DNA of 64,000 bases from Dipteris shenzhenensis (GCA_047967505.1 CM106538.1), one strand, 5' to 3'; shown: positions 39,527-52,704, counted from the stretch's first letter. The notes: a model not told the origin generated them from the sequence alone. Numbers and translations are program-made.

Positions 39527-40850
39527 TTACTCCTTCGCATAACCACCACCACCAAAATTAAAGGTAAAAACACAAGTCTTGAAACTTCTACCTAAAACCA
39601 TTGACAAACCACTAGCCTTGCCATTAACAACCCGGTACAATTCTTCCATCTATGAAACATCACTCATCTTGACAAACACATGATCCTCCATAGGGTCATA
39701 CAAATTCCAACCTCTAGCAACAATGCTACTAGTATGACGACCACCATTAGTATCAACCGGTAAATGACCACCAATCCTAGAACCACCATCACGAAAAAAA
39801 CCAGAAGTAGTAACAATAGTTACAGTAATTGAAACATCGGCACAAACAACAGCACTACCATGATCAATAGCAGCCAGATAAGACTTTCCAACACCACCAA
39901 AATGAGATGAAACACCAATAGGATCATCAACACCACCACCATAAATAGGAATAGGAAGACCCAAATGCACCAGAAACAGCAACACCTGCAGAATCTCCAC
40001 CACTAGATACAAGAACGAACATCCTCTTACCGACACCATCAACTTTCCTATAATAAACTCCCAAATTGTTTTTCAAAACCTACTCACAATTTTGCAAGCA
40101 TCCATCCTCATCATAAAGGTTAGCAACTAACTCCAAAGCAGTATCCACCCTCACACTCTCACTCCTATCATAGTTCACTAAACTATCAACCCTCTTATGA
40201 CCAGTAACCTTCATATCAACATCATTAGGCACCCCACACAAACCTAACCTTGTAGTAGCAAGTATAGCTAGTAGACTTCAGTCACTGATGTTTGCAAAAA
40301 AGCCAATAGACTCCATCATAGTTCAAACAAACTTAGTGAGACCCTTCAAACTCACACGATCCTGATTGTACCAAAATTGCAAAATAAAGCCACAAACATT
40401 AGTACAACAAAGCAAACAAGCAAACATAATCTCAAATAAACAAAAAACCTCAAATCTTACCATGCTCTTGGGATTGTCAATAACCTACATAAACATGCGC
40501 ATCTAACTATTCCACCCACCGGAATCATCAAGAAGATGCTTTTTGAGTTGATCATACGTTAATACCACATGAGGTTCATGAACCCGCATAGGAGGATGCA
40601 TATCCTCCTTCAAGAAATGCTACATATCTACATGGTAGTTCTTGGACAATCGCTTGATTAAACATGTACACAAACACAAAAACATGAGCAAAATACTAGA
40701 AAAACATAAAGAAAACCAAAACACGAAACTCCAAAAACAAACTTACTCCACAAAATCCTCGATACCATCAACTCCATGAAATAAATCACCACGCAACATG
40801 TTGTAAAGCTCCCTTTCACCCAAAATCAAGAAACGATGTTCAATCTGTGA
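39527..40850 (-). pseudogene. Intron-containing tyrosine recombinase of Crypton/DUF3504 type, 5'-truncated and decayed
   Basis: Exon a (about 40847-40747): RFLILGERELYNMLRGDLFHGVDGIEDFVE, then donor GTAAGT. Exon b (about 40663-40461): RLSKNYH...RMFM*VIDNPKSM, then donor GTAAGA. Exon c (from 40376): FWYNQDRVSLKGLTKFV*TMMESIG...ISD*SLLAILATTRLGLCGVPNDVDMKVTGHKRVDSLVNYDRS. The frameshifted tail ends SFKTCVFTFNFGGGGYAKE* at 39527. Confidence 0.8.
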
Positions 40851-41049
40851 CAACTATAGGGTCAGAAGTGCAGTCTAGAGCAATGAAGATGAGATCATTG
40901 TATGTGTAGAGTAGTGCCAAAAATCTTCCTGTAATATCTTGAGCTTGAAAGATGGTATGATGAATCTGAAAGGATCAGGATAGCCAAAATCCTCTCTGGG
41001 AAAATTATACTTGCAAAATCAGGATCTAGAGAGAGAAATAGTAAAAGCC

Positions 41050-41180
41050 TAGACTTTTTGCGATCCCCCCACTTTGTGGAGGAACTCATGAGGTTCCCCC
41101 ACTTTCTAGGGGCACGCATGAGGTTCCCCCACTTTATGTAGAGACCCAAGAGGTCCCTCTAAAAAGTGGGGGGACTCTTA
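41050..41180. repeat. Short foldback with repeated CCCCCACTTT and inverted AAAGTGGGGG, possible DNA-transposon terminus or MITE
   Basis: Three direct copies at ~30-bp spacing plus one inverted copy. Confidence 0.55.
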
Positions 41181-41199
41181 TCCAAGAGGTGCTCTCTCC

Positions 41200-42800
41200 C
41201 ACTGCTGCTCAAGAGTATGTCTCCAACAAAGAACCTAGACTGCAACTTCTGACTGCTCTCTGCTGGATTGCATTTGCAACCCGTCACCCAACCCTCATTG
41301 GCCCCCCCACTAGCTACCTCCATATCCTGGCTTCACCTAATGCATCTCTGCCTCTTGTTGCAAGAGATCATCTAGGATACAGATCCCCTTTTTGAGGCGG
41401 GGAATGATTTGACGTCGTGGTACCTACCAAAATGCCCATGTGCAAGCACCCACTCCCCAACATAAAATTTATAGAGGCATTCCAATAGGCCATCATATCT
41501 CTACTGACCAAAGGAAAAGTGAAGGTTGTTGGGGAGCCTAGCAAACTCTGCCTCCTCACCTCCCTCCAGGGATCTCTACCACTAACCACAAAAAATGAAC
41601 TGCTCCCAGGTGCTGTTGCCATCTCTGCAAAAGAGGCTCCTCCCTGCTTGTCATCTGGAACCTCTAGGTTGTTGAAGTCACATCCAACAATCCAGGATTC
41701 AACATCTGGTAGGTTCTCTGTCAACCACCTCCAAAAAGCAAGGCGGTGTTGTCTACCAACAGGTGTATATACGTTCAGAATCTTGATCCTTGATTCACCA
41801 ATGCAAAGACCCATCCAAACTACACAACCTATGATGAGCTTGCCCTACTGAAAGACCTCAAGGGATATTATCTAGGAGAGTGAGATGCGAACTTCTCCAC
41901 TATGACATATTGTTGGGGACCAAACCTTTGGACACCTCCGAGGAAGGAGGTGGTGGGGAAGTCCAAAGTCTGCTATACTGAAAAGTAGTGATCCTAAATC
42001 AAGAGAAAATCTACCATCCCATCCTACCAATGCTCTCTGCAACTCCTACCAAATTTCAAATAATGTGGTGCCTATGGATGGTAGCCTCTGTGACTTCAAA
42101 TGGGGTTTGGAAGGAGAGTAATTTGTGTTTGTGTGCCAATTTACCAAGGTTGCAAGACTCAATGCCAACCTTCTATGCCTGGTGCAGCATGGAGGAGATG
42201 TCTACCCCAAGTAGCTAAGTACACCACTAAAGCGTCCAATAATGCAGGTGTGTAAGCACCACCTAAGGTGGTAGGACCTGAGCCCTACCCCTCTAGGGGA
42301 AAACTAAGCTGGAAATGAGCAAAAGCCCCATAAGCAAGCTATAGATCCAGCTCTTGCAGGCCCATCCACTCATCCATCATCCAATTAATTGGTCCTCCAT
42401 CATGGCATTGAACATTGTTGGAGTCCACTTCTCTACACCTGTGGAGGCAAACTGATGAACCTGAAAAGGATGCATGCAGGATCCCACCACACTAGTCAAT
42501 CACCCTTTTTGGGGTTGCAAAGTCAAAACTGTCATCTCTAGAGGCATGAGCTACAAGTCTAGAATCTCAAGGTAGCTCCACGGCCCTAGCCTCAGCATGT
42601 AACTACAGAGCGGATAGCTTGAAGGATGAAACGCCTTCCCCTGGTACCTGAGAAGAGGTCGTGTCTTGCAAGGGGAGAGGAAGAAGGCTATTGGAGCAAA
42701 GAAGGGGTTGGGGGAGAGGGCCCTCGGCCTTGACCTTACCCGAGGGTAAGGAATCAAGGCTGGGTCCAAAGGGAGCATAGGGGAGGGAGAAGTGATGAGC
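41200..42800 (-). mobile_element. Decayed LINE apurinic endonuclease region
   Basis: ORF 41368-41814 reads LNVYTP...FWRWL...WIVGCDFN...DKQGG (cf. NVYAP and GDFN). Confidence 0.8.
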
Positions 42801-42839
42801 CTACTTTGATTTGGGGGAAGGGAATGAGGGGCAGTTGCT

Positions 42840-43047
42840 AAAGGCTAAAGAGTTATGCTATGCCACCAAACAGAGCTACACCACCAAGCTGAGGAACCCT
42901 TCATACCACCTAAACAGAGCTCCACATTTGAAGGACAGGTACCAAGTCACAATGTAATGCACAAGTGGCTATTGAATGCCACCAAAAGCCCACGGGATGC
43001 TCTTAGAAAACTCAAAACAAAAGGCAGTTTCTAGCAAAGCCAAAGTA

Positions 43048-43107
<60 letters not shown>

Positions 43108-43540
43108 GCTCTGTGTGTGTGTATATCTGAGCGCTTGTGTGCACTTGTTCTTCCTTATTTTGGATTTGCATGTTTAGCTAAAAATAGGGAATGTTTGAAA
43201 GCAATAAGCATATGTAGTGTCTAAAGGAAGAGGGGAAAGGAAGAAGAGGAAAAGGGAAAAAGGAAGGGAGAAAAGAGACCAGGCTCAAGCTAAGGCAAGA
43301 GAAAGGGCTCTTGGACTTAGGGGTTTGTAAAGGCTAAAGAGTTCTACTACGCCACCAGATAGAGCTACACCACCAAGCTGAGGCACCTTTCATACCACCT
43401 AAAAAGAGCTCCACATTTGAAGGACATGTATCAAGTCACAATGTAAGGCACAAGTGGCTATTGAATGTCACCAAAAGCCCACGGGCTGCTCTTAGAAAAC
43501 TCGAACCAAAAGGCAGTTTCCAGCAAAGCCAAAGTAGGGC

Positions 43541-43591
<51 letters not shown>

Positions 43592-43720
43592 CTCTCTGTA
43601 TGTGTGTATATGTGGGCGCTTGCATGCACTTGTTTTTCCTTATTTTGGATTTGCATGTTTAGTTAAAAATAGAGGATGTTTGCAAAAGCAATAAGCATAT
43701 GTAGTGTCTAAAGGAAGAGG
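42840..43720. repeat. ~490-bp tandem duplication, each copy containing a (GA)n tract
   Basis: AAAGGCTAAAGAGTT...GTAGTGTCTAAAGGAAGAGGGGA at about 42840-43235 and 43329-43723. Confidence 0.92.
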
Positions 43721-44275
43721 GGATGAAATCCAATGCCATTCTTTATGGTGGGAAGGTACCATGTAGTTGCGATAATCAAATATATTACTCTCGTATGGAT
43801 TTTCTAAACAATGTACTTGTTGTATCTTCTTCTTGGAAAAGATCTCAATTGAAATGAACATTTTGTTGGATGATTTGCTTTTTCTTGATTGTCATGTCAT
43901 TAGCATGATCAACATCATAGGTATTGATTATATAGTCCTAGTCAACAATATTTAGATTGTTGTTGTTGCTATAGCCATTCAAATTGTCTAGTCTTTTCTT
44001 TTGATGGCATTCTTTTTTTTAATGGTCATCTATCTTCTTGTGATGGCATTGAATTATTGACCTTTGACTTTGATCATATATCTTTCAATGCTAGCATCTT
44101 AGGGCAGTCACCTTTATAAACATATAACATAGCAACCTTGGTTTACATACATGAAATGATATAAAAATTTAACGTAAACATGTAGAGGGAACTTTAAGTG
44201 TGGCATCCAGTCACCCCTAATAATCAATTCTCTCGTAAGTGTAGCATCCCGTCACCCGTAAGTGTAGCATCCAAC

Positions 44276-44330
44276 TAAATGCCGATTGCCATACATTCTT
44301 ATTGTCAAAATGTATGGCAATCGGCATTTA
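44276..44330. repeat. Perfect 22-bp inverted repeat with 11-nt loop
   Basis: TAAATGCCGATTGCCATACATT (44276-44297) pairs with AATGTATGGCAATCGGCATTTA (44309-44330). Confidence 0.95.
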
Positions 44331-45671
44331 ACTGTTAAAAAAAAGAAGAAGAAAAAAGTGTAGCATCCAAACATGGGACATGGAAAGGGATAAACATGGA
44401 GACATGGAAAGGAGTATATGATTACATAAAAATACAGATCTTAACATAGGAGTATCTTAAATGCATGCTTGCTCGTACATATTGTATGGGTTTTCAAAGA
44501 GTGATTACCTTGAGGTGGGCATTTTGAATTGTTATTCAAGTATCACATAGATTTGAATTGTCACTTTTGTGCCATATTGCTTGCCATTTGGATCACACTC
44601 TCCTCTACTAGCCTCTATCCATTTCGAAAACTTTTTCTAGCTTCAATTTCTTATTGGTGGTGTTCTCAATCAACAATGTTGACCATCAAGTGTCAATACT
44701 TTGGACATAATCACTACTTAACAATCAACTATGTAAGCTCTTCATGCTAGATTGTGGTCAGTTGAGTGTTATGAATGCCTTTTACCCCTTCGCATAAAGG
44801 GATGGCTAGTCGCATTCATTTGTAATTTTTTATTACGTTTGTTAGTGTTAGTGGTCTTAAAGTATTATTGGCATCATATATTGATGTCAACATGTCCTAG
44901 GTTTCTTTTCAAGTTTCCTCCTTTCAATTTTCCCAACATAATTTCATGCACATTTTGCTTGGTTAGATGCATTGTATATTTGTTGTTCTTGTTCTAATCA
45001 ACTTGTGCCTTTGTTGCTATTGGATTCTCAACATCGCCTTTAGGTTGTATAGTAAGGAAATATATGTAAAAAGAAAGTGCTTTCCATTGGGTACTTCTGG
45101 GTTCATATTTGTGATTATGTAGCTTCTACAAAGCTCCTCTTGATGCAGCAATTATTGAGGTCCTCGTTGTAGTGGTATGATGGTATTGGCTTATAAGACC
45201 TTAGTTACCTTGACATGTGCTTAATTTGGACTTGCTGAAATGTTATGGTGTGTCTTAGATTTCAGAGGCCTATTTGAACATGTGTTCAATTTGCACTATT
45301 AAATTCATAGATTAGGAGATGCACAAAAGTAGCAAAACACATTGAAGGGTTATTTTCATATAGCCTTAACTGTGATTTGGATGTGTATGAAAGCTAGGCT
45401 AAAATCAAACGAGGTCAAAACGATATAGGCCACCAAATAGTAGATTGAAGATTGCTTACATGTGACTTCAATCCTCTTGTTGTTGGAAATGTAATCCTCT
45501 ATTTAATCCTTTCTCATATATGACTTGATGGGGGGTTCATTATTTTGTATTGGAGAGATGTTGTCCATGAACCTTTATTCCATAAAGCTCCTTAGGTAAT
45601 CATTTCCCTTATGTTGGATTTCGCCATAATTTCGTCTCTTGCTGGTATAATGGTTCTTGTGTGGTGAACAT

Positions 45672-45744
<73 letters not shown>

Positions 45745-45982
45745 CTAAGGAGGTTGAAACGAGTCCATGAGATACAAATCAAAAACTAAAAGTTAGACTT
45801 AGAGCCTGTTCACACGAAGGGGATAGGCTGCAAACCAAGTTGGATGCCATATTTTAGCGGTTTTGGAGGACTCCGGTCTCTACTCTGGAGTAGGGTTAGC
45901 CTTGTCAGGGACAGGGTGGTCTGCAAACCATTCCTCATGCGTGAACAGGCTTAGGCCCAAGTGGTCAATTGATCCTTGGAGG

Positions 45983-46037
<55 letters not shown>
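45672..46037. repeat. (TG)n(GA)n and (GA)n microsatellites
   Basis: Tracts at about 45672-45742 and 45985-46037. Confidence 0.95.
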
Positions 46038-46041
<4 letters not shown>

Positions 46042-46049
46042 CAAGGTGG

Positions 46050-47990
46050 ACGAGGTAACAGAGGTTCAAACCACCCACCTGAACATGCTAAGAGTCCGGT
46101 GGGAACGTGCGTCCTCGCAGCTGGAGGAACGAAAATAGAGGACTCAGACTGGGTTTTGCAAAACGATTGTCCGACATCAAGAGTTCGCCCATTTGACGGA
46201 CAGCTACACTTTTCAACCCGCGAATCCAATCCACTAAAGGGATTGCACCCGAACATCAGAGGTCGCCCATTTGAGGGAAAGCTACACTTTTCAACCCGTG
46301 AATCCAATCCACTAGAGGGACTCGATGCACGCCATCTGACTGAAAGTGGACCCTTAGTCCTCCAGGTGGTCTGAACATGACGCGACCGGGGTGAACGCGC
46401 CCTTAGTAAGACTGGATGTGCAGTGCGTGTGAGGACGACCCGGTTGACGGAATGGAGGGCTCCTTCACACCCAACCAGGTCCATCGTCTTCATCTTCAAG
46501 GCATGCTAGTAGTATCCTCTGCGCAAACAGAAGCCCAAGCACGAGCAGCGGCAGCAGCTATGGCAATTGCACCTCCCTTACCCATCTCCTTCTTTCCTTC
46601 CTAGCTCCCCCATGCGTCCTCTCTCGATTACCTCCTTCGAGACTTCCCCCATGGACCGCTTCAACAGAAAATACGTCAGGTATTCGCCCCCCCCCCCCCG
46701 CCCTTTCCTCACACAATCCAACCCCGTCCCACGTCAACGTTTTGCCTCAAGAAGCGCATCTCTGCTCCGAGGACTCACTAGCTCTGCGCCTCTCAATTTG
46801 TTGAATCGTACGCATCGAAGGCTTGCTGCACAGTGGTGGTTTGGGGCAATGTCAACGAGTCTTCGGAGTTTAGAATGATGGCACCAATCTTCCAATGTCG
46901 AATTCTCACCTTTACGAGTTGAGACCATTGCAGAGTCAGCCCTCATCACCACATGTGACCGTTTTAGGAGATTGGAAATGTCTGAACTGCTTTCCCTTCG
47001 GTGCTAAGATCAGTTGTTTTTAAAACAACAAACTCGCTTGCTCGGATGTATCTTGAAAAATCAATCCCTGTTGGAGATTCTAGCAGGGAGGTCGGCCGGT
47101 TGTGTCATCAGAGAATGCTCGCTGTAGCAAAATGCCAAATAACCTCAGTGTATTCCTCCACCGCGGGCACAGCCAGAGATGGCCGCCAGTCAAATGACCC
47201 AGCATAGGGCCGGCTGGAAAATTCTACAGAGTCTGTACAAGCCAGGTGGCCGACTGGACTGGCAAATAACTGAGATCTGCCGACTTCCGTACCTTCACTT
47301 GTCAGGGTGCCTCGAGCAGCCCGTCGCCCCGCACAATAATGCTGCTCAGTGCTCTGTGCAACCTGTAGCGTGTGCAGGCAGTCTCAGCATGACGCCTGCA
47401 GCACCTTTACCCTCCTTTGCCTCCTCATATCGTGGGGCAGTCATATCAAACAGGTTGGTCCATCATCCATGAGGGGAGAGCCCCTTCAGAAGGTCAGCAT
47501 AGTGCACCAATGTGAGCTCATTGGGGTGCTGCGTATGTAAGGGGGCTCCCTCCACATGTCTCCTAGTAGTTCCTTCATCTGGTCAGCAGCCTGGAGAAGC
47601 ACTTGGAGCAGCCATAGGAGGTGCATTATGTTACTAGATCTTGACTCCATCAATGTAGTTTGGAGCCCATCAGCTGGAACCCATAGACACTAATTAACCT
47701 TTCCACAAACGTGTGTGTCAGTTGTGGAGCAGATATTGTAGTCTTTGTTGGATTAAACCTGGCCATCTTGATCGTTCTATCCATAACCACCCATATGGCA
47801 TCACATCCACGGTTGGCTTGTGGCAATCCAACCAAATAATCCATGGAAATGCTTTCTCATTTCTTATATGGGATTTCCAATGGATGCAGCAAGCCACCTT
47901 GTCTGAAGAGTTCCGCCTATGGACTTGACATTACTAGTAACGTTCGATATCAATCTGCATCTTAGGCCAAAGACAATGTACGTTTCATAC
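46050..47990 (-). mobile_element. Ty3/gypsy (chromovirus-like) remnant: integrase fragment and probable gag remnant
   Basis: ORF 47650-47844 reads MDYLVGLPQANRGCDAIWVVMDRTIKMARF (cf. MDFIxGLP...IWVVVDRLTKxAHF). The gag assignment is weak. Confidence 0.7.
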
Positions 47991-48659
47991 CAAGATGTCT
48001 AGCACGAAGGGGTGTCAACACACTTGAAATAGGATTCTTGCCAAAAAAAAAACTCGAAATAGGAATTTTAAATTGCTTCGTGGGTGTTTGGTATGCAAAA
48101 TGTATCCTTTCGGAACAAGAGGCCGTTTCAAATGGAATAATGATCTTGGATTTCTCTCCTTAAAGTTAAACCACCTTATTGCTTACCTAGACCTCCTGGC
48201 AAATATTGCTGAAGTAATCATATTGGCCTTTAAGGCATCGAAAGATCCAGATCTTAGTGAACTCATGTAGAGCATCAAGCCATGCAACTTAATGTCTCAG
48301 TCACCACATTAATGGTTCCTCTTCATGTATAAACTCAAAGCGATTAGCCTTACAGCCACACCAATCTAAAGTATTACAGACATACTTGAGTGATGTGTTG
48401 TCTACACACACACCACAAACTTGGAGCCATACAGTGATGCAAATAGCTTCTTTCAATGCATAGGATATTTGACTTGTGTTGGTGTCAGCTTAAAGTTATA
48501 GGTTGAACTCCTGATAAAGCTACGGTTGTATACAATCAAGTCATCCTTTCTTCTTTGACACTCCTTCAGGGATGAGGTGGCATTTTCAGCCGCCATCTGG
48601 GATTTTTGTTTGCTCATTCTGAGCTGTTTTTTTTTTTCCTCATGCTTGACATGATGTAC

Positions 48660-50801
48660 TGTGAAGAGAGTGAGAGAGAGGTAAGGAGTCTCACTTTTAG
48701 CTTTCTCACATACACACAAAGGTGGAGGCTGAAAACAGTTTTCCTCTTCTTAGTTGTGAAAGGAAAAAAACTCTCCCTTACAAAAAGGAATAGATGAACC
48801 TTATATGTGGGTCTCAAGCCAAACTCAACTAACCTAAGTGGCATACTAACTGAGCTACTAACTAGAGTACATAAAGATAGCTGTCATCCAGCTATTATTC
48901 AGGGGCGGTGTACCAACCGCATTTGTAGCTAACAAGTCGGTGACATAAATGCACAATGGTCACTCTGGCATATCACGAGTGGAGCTCGATATCTCAACAC
49001 TCCTAGACTTGCGCAGCTTCTTTGTGCCCAATGCCTTCGTGAATATGTCAGCTACCTGATCCTCTGTGCTGACATAAACTCGATCAATAAAACCTACTAG
49101 AACCTTCTCCCGCACATAGTGGTAATGCACCTCAATGTGCTTTGTTCTAGCATGATAGATTGGGTTATTTGCCAAGTGTATACTGGTTTTCTTGAATTTG
49201 CTGCATATTGTGATTTCTGTCACAGCCTCTAGATCGGCCTGCTCTACCTCTGCCTCTACCTCTTCCAGCATTTGAGTAGAAGGCAGTTTCTTTTGAAGTT
49301 CCTCCTGAAGAAGATGCATCACCATTTCTCTGCTCTTCAGAAATTAGGAGAGCAATCAACTCCTCAAAATCAGAAAATTTTTCATGGACGGCAATGGATG
49401 TCCGGAACTGTGCATAATCCTTTCCTAGACCATTTAAGGTCACAGAAACTAAATCATCATCTTCCATTGGCGACCCAATGGAAGCAAGTGCATCTGCAAT
49501 CTTCTTCACCTTCATGTGGTAGTCATTGATGCTCATATTTTCTCTCTGCACATTGTGCAACTCCTGCTTGAGCTGCATTTTCCTGGCTTGCGTATTTGTG
49601 CTGTACATTTTTGCCAAAGTATCCCACGTCTCCTTTGGCATGCTTGCATCCTGAATATGCACAATCATAGAATCTGAGATATTGATAGACAGCTAGTACA
49701 TAACTTTTCTGACTCTCTCATGTCAGCCTTTAAATGCCTGCATTTCCTGTTGATTGGGAACATTAGGAAGAACTGGTTCTTCTTCATTTCTTGTAATGAA
49801 CTCCCAATAGCCTTTTCCCATAAGGAAATTTGTCATTCTAAACCTCCATGCTTGGAAGTTGTTCTTGTTAAGCTTTTCAGTGACAATCTGTGAAAGAGAG
49901 TCAGACGCCATTACAGGACATTGCAAAATATTCTATCACTGCAAAAAAACACAACTTCTGCCTCACGAGGCAAATCTGCAAAATTGACGAAAGTGATATT
50001 TGACCACACAGTCACTTCCTAGTGACGATTTTGCATCATCAGGCTATAAGAATGATATTGTCACTCCTAATATCTCTGCGCATAGGCACACGATGCAATT
50101 TCTGCGGCAGCTTTTCACCGACCTGCAGAACAATGGTTGCACAACCAAAACAGGTCACTTTTTTGAGTGCTTACGAAAAAACTTCCGCCACCAAAAGGGC
50201 CTCAAATCAGAAAAATAATGTCATCTAGGGCTTCGTCCTTACCCGTAGCATATACTACCCTCTCGTTGCACCGCAAAGGGCGTCTCAATATGAGACAGTG
50301 CACTCTTGCACTTTTCGGCTATGCTACCTGCAGAGATTTGCTCCCAAACTCGAGAAAGGAAAGCAACTCTGATCCTCTTACCAAGACACTGCGGACTTGG
50401 TTTGCTTCCTTGAGCTCCTTACCATGAACCGAGCTCTGATACCATGTGAAGAGAGTGGGAGAGAGGTAAGGAGTCTCACTTTCAGCTTTCTCACATACAC
50501 AATGGGGGAATACACACAAAGGTGGGGGCTGAAAACAGTTTTCCTCTTCTTAGTTGTGAAAGCCAAAAAACTCTCTCTTTTACAAAAAGGAATAGATGAA
50601 CCCTATATGTGGGTCTCAAACCAAACTCAACTAACCTAGGTGGCATACTAACTGAGCCACTAACTAGAGTACATAAAGATAGCTGTCATTCAGCTATTAT
50701 TCATGGGCGGTGTACCAACCGCATCTGTAGCTAACAAGTCGGTGACATAAATGCACAACGGTCACCCTGGCATATCATGAGTGGAGCTCGATATCTCAAC
50801 A
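48660..50801 (-). mobile_element. Non-autonomous copia deletion derivative (2142 bp): LTR-PBS-gag fused to the RNase H tail-LTR
   Basis: LTRs 48660-48999 and 50445-50801. TSD TGTAC on both sides. PBS GCTCTGATACCA at 50433-50444. Gag (KLNKNNFQAW; RKMQLKQEL) is joined near 49190 to NPIYHARTKHIEVHYHYVRE. Confidence 0.96.
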
Positions 50802-52346
50802 TGTACACCCGCACTTGAGCTTGCTCTGCGGTTTTTATTCATACTTAATGAAGTACTTTTCTTGAAAACAAAACAAAACACGATGATAAGCTTTTTCAGA
50901 TATGGACAAAATATATTGCTCATCATTTATTGGTCACGGGCATCCACAGCCTGTGGCATGCTTCCTACACCATCAAATACTGCTAGGAAGCCTCAGAAGA
51001 TAGCGCATGTTAGACAACATGGGTTTCAGTTTTTGGTTAAAAATTCAACGCGTTGACTTTTGACCGACCTAGTCAACGGTCAGCGTTGATGTAGTGGGAG
51101 ATAGACTATCCTCACTCTCTCTCCTGCTCAATACTAACTTCAACTGCAAGATGATGCACTCAATACACAAAGTGATGCTGTGGATGTGATTGAGAGAATT
51201 AGAGGGAGAGAAATGTACTGGACCTCCGAAGAGGAATATATAACTGAAATGTATGAATGCCCAAAGGGCTAATATCTGCCCCCCCCCGCCCCAAAAAAAA
51301 AAACAAAAACAGAGGGCTGAATACAAGTGTATGGAGGGGCTGAAACCCTCAACTGCAAACTGGAAAGACTAAGCAAACTAGAGAGGTGAATCCTCAATAG
51401 ATCCCTCGAGAGGTTGAGGCACCCTGCTAGTCTGCTGCGGGGAAGCCTGGCTCTACTGCTCTGAAGGCTTGAAGCCTAAGGAGTGGATGAGAAATGAAGG
51501 CCAAGGGGGCTGCTTTTATGGCCCCCATTGGGCCTCAAACTGACCGACCAGGCATATGTCTGCCCACCCACCAGACTGCTCTTGTTCACCGACCTGCTGC
51601 TGTTGACGTGGTAGCCGACCTTTGTTGATGTCATCATTGACGTGGCACCCTGCTGATGTGCCTGCTGTACGGTTTGCTGATCTGGCTGTTGCTTGGGTGG
51701 CTGTCCACGTGGCAGCCGGTTGATGTGGCTGCTGCGTGTTGACTGAGCAATCCCACGTGGTAGTCCAGCATGCCACGGGCTGAGGATGCCCGTGACAGTT
51801 GACCAGCCGACCAGGTCAGTCAATCTGCCCTAAAAGCCTATATAAGGCCAGTCCCTTGGCCTCATTCTTCATCCTAGTCTTCTAGTCCTCTAGCCCTTAG
51901 CAGCAGTAACTCCATGGATCAGGGTCAGGGCAGGCGTGTCTGCAGCAGCCCTGCAGCCCCTTCCAACCCTCCTTTCAGGAGCATTTTCCCTGCTGTATTT
52001 TTCTGCTACATCATTGGGTAAGCCCCTGTTGTATTGGTTCTTTCCAATTCCTGCAAGACATTCCTTTCTTTACTTCATTCGCATTGTGGAAAGGCCTTGT
52101 GTTGCCTTTTGGGAATTTTTTACAGCAGGTACACCTTGAGACAGCCAAGCATTTGCAGTGAAAAAGCTTTGAAGCTTGAGCAGAAATTTGCCTTTGGGTT
52201 TTGAGAGGTTGCCCTCCTCTCATTTGCATTGCCAGTTGGTGCTTTTGCCAGAATCACCCAAAAACCTGTCTGCTTTGTTTGGGCGAAGGCCATTGGTAGA
52301 ACGAATGCCTGGAGGCTCAGGAATGGGAGCCTTGAATTTCAGCATT

Positions 52347-52700
52347 ATGGCTGGTAGCAAGGATGATTTGTTTGGGATGCTTGGGACTGAGGACAAGCTT
52401 GATGGCACAAATTACCCCATGTGGGCCTATGCGATGGGGCATGTTTTGGTTGCCAAGAATTCGTGGAATATTTTTTCAGGCACTGAGGTCAGGCAGACTC
52501 GTAATGCTGCTTCTGGCAATGCCTCTGGTACAATTGCAACCGCCTCAGACTCATCTGGTGATGGGTCTAATGCTACTTCTGGTGCAGCTGCATCTTCCAC
52601 TGCAGGTACCTTGCCTCCTACTCAGGAGCAGATTTAGTGGGATTGACTTGATGCTAAAGCACATGCCTTGATTGCTCTTTTAGTGAAACGGGTCATTATT
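52347..52700 (+). mobile_element. Copia gag N-terminal fragment, probably the 5' part of the element resuming at 56194
   Basis: KLDGTNYPMWAYAM...DAKAHALIAL. Abruptly joined to the opposite-strand RT start near 52705. Confidence 0.75.
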
Positions 52701-52704
52701 CCTT

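Noticed and set aside
51090-52340. 5' LTR of the plus-strand copia element
   Set aside because: LTR-like in composition, but it does not match the 3' LTR starting at 63785 and no PBS was found. Left unassigned.
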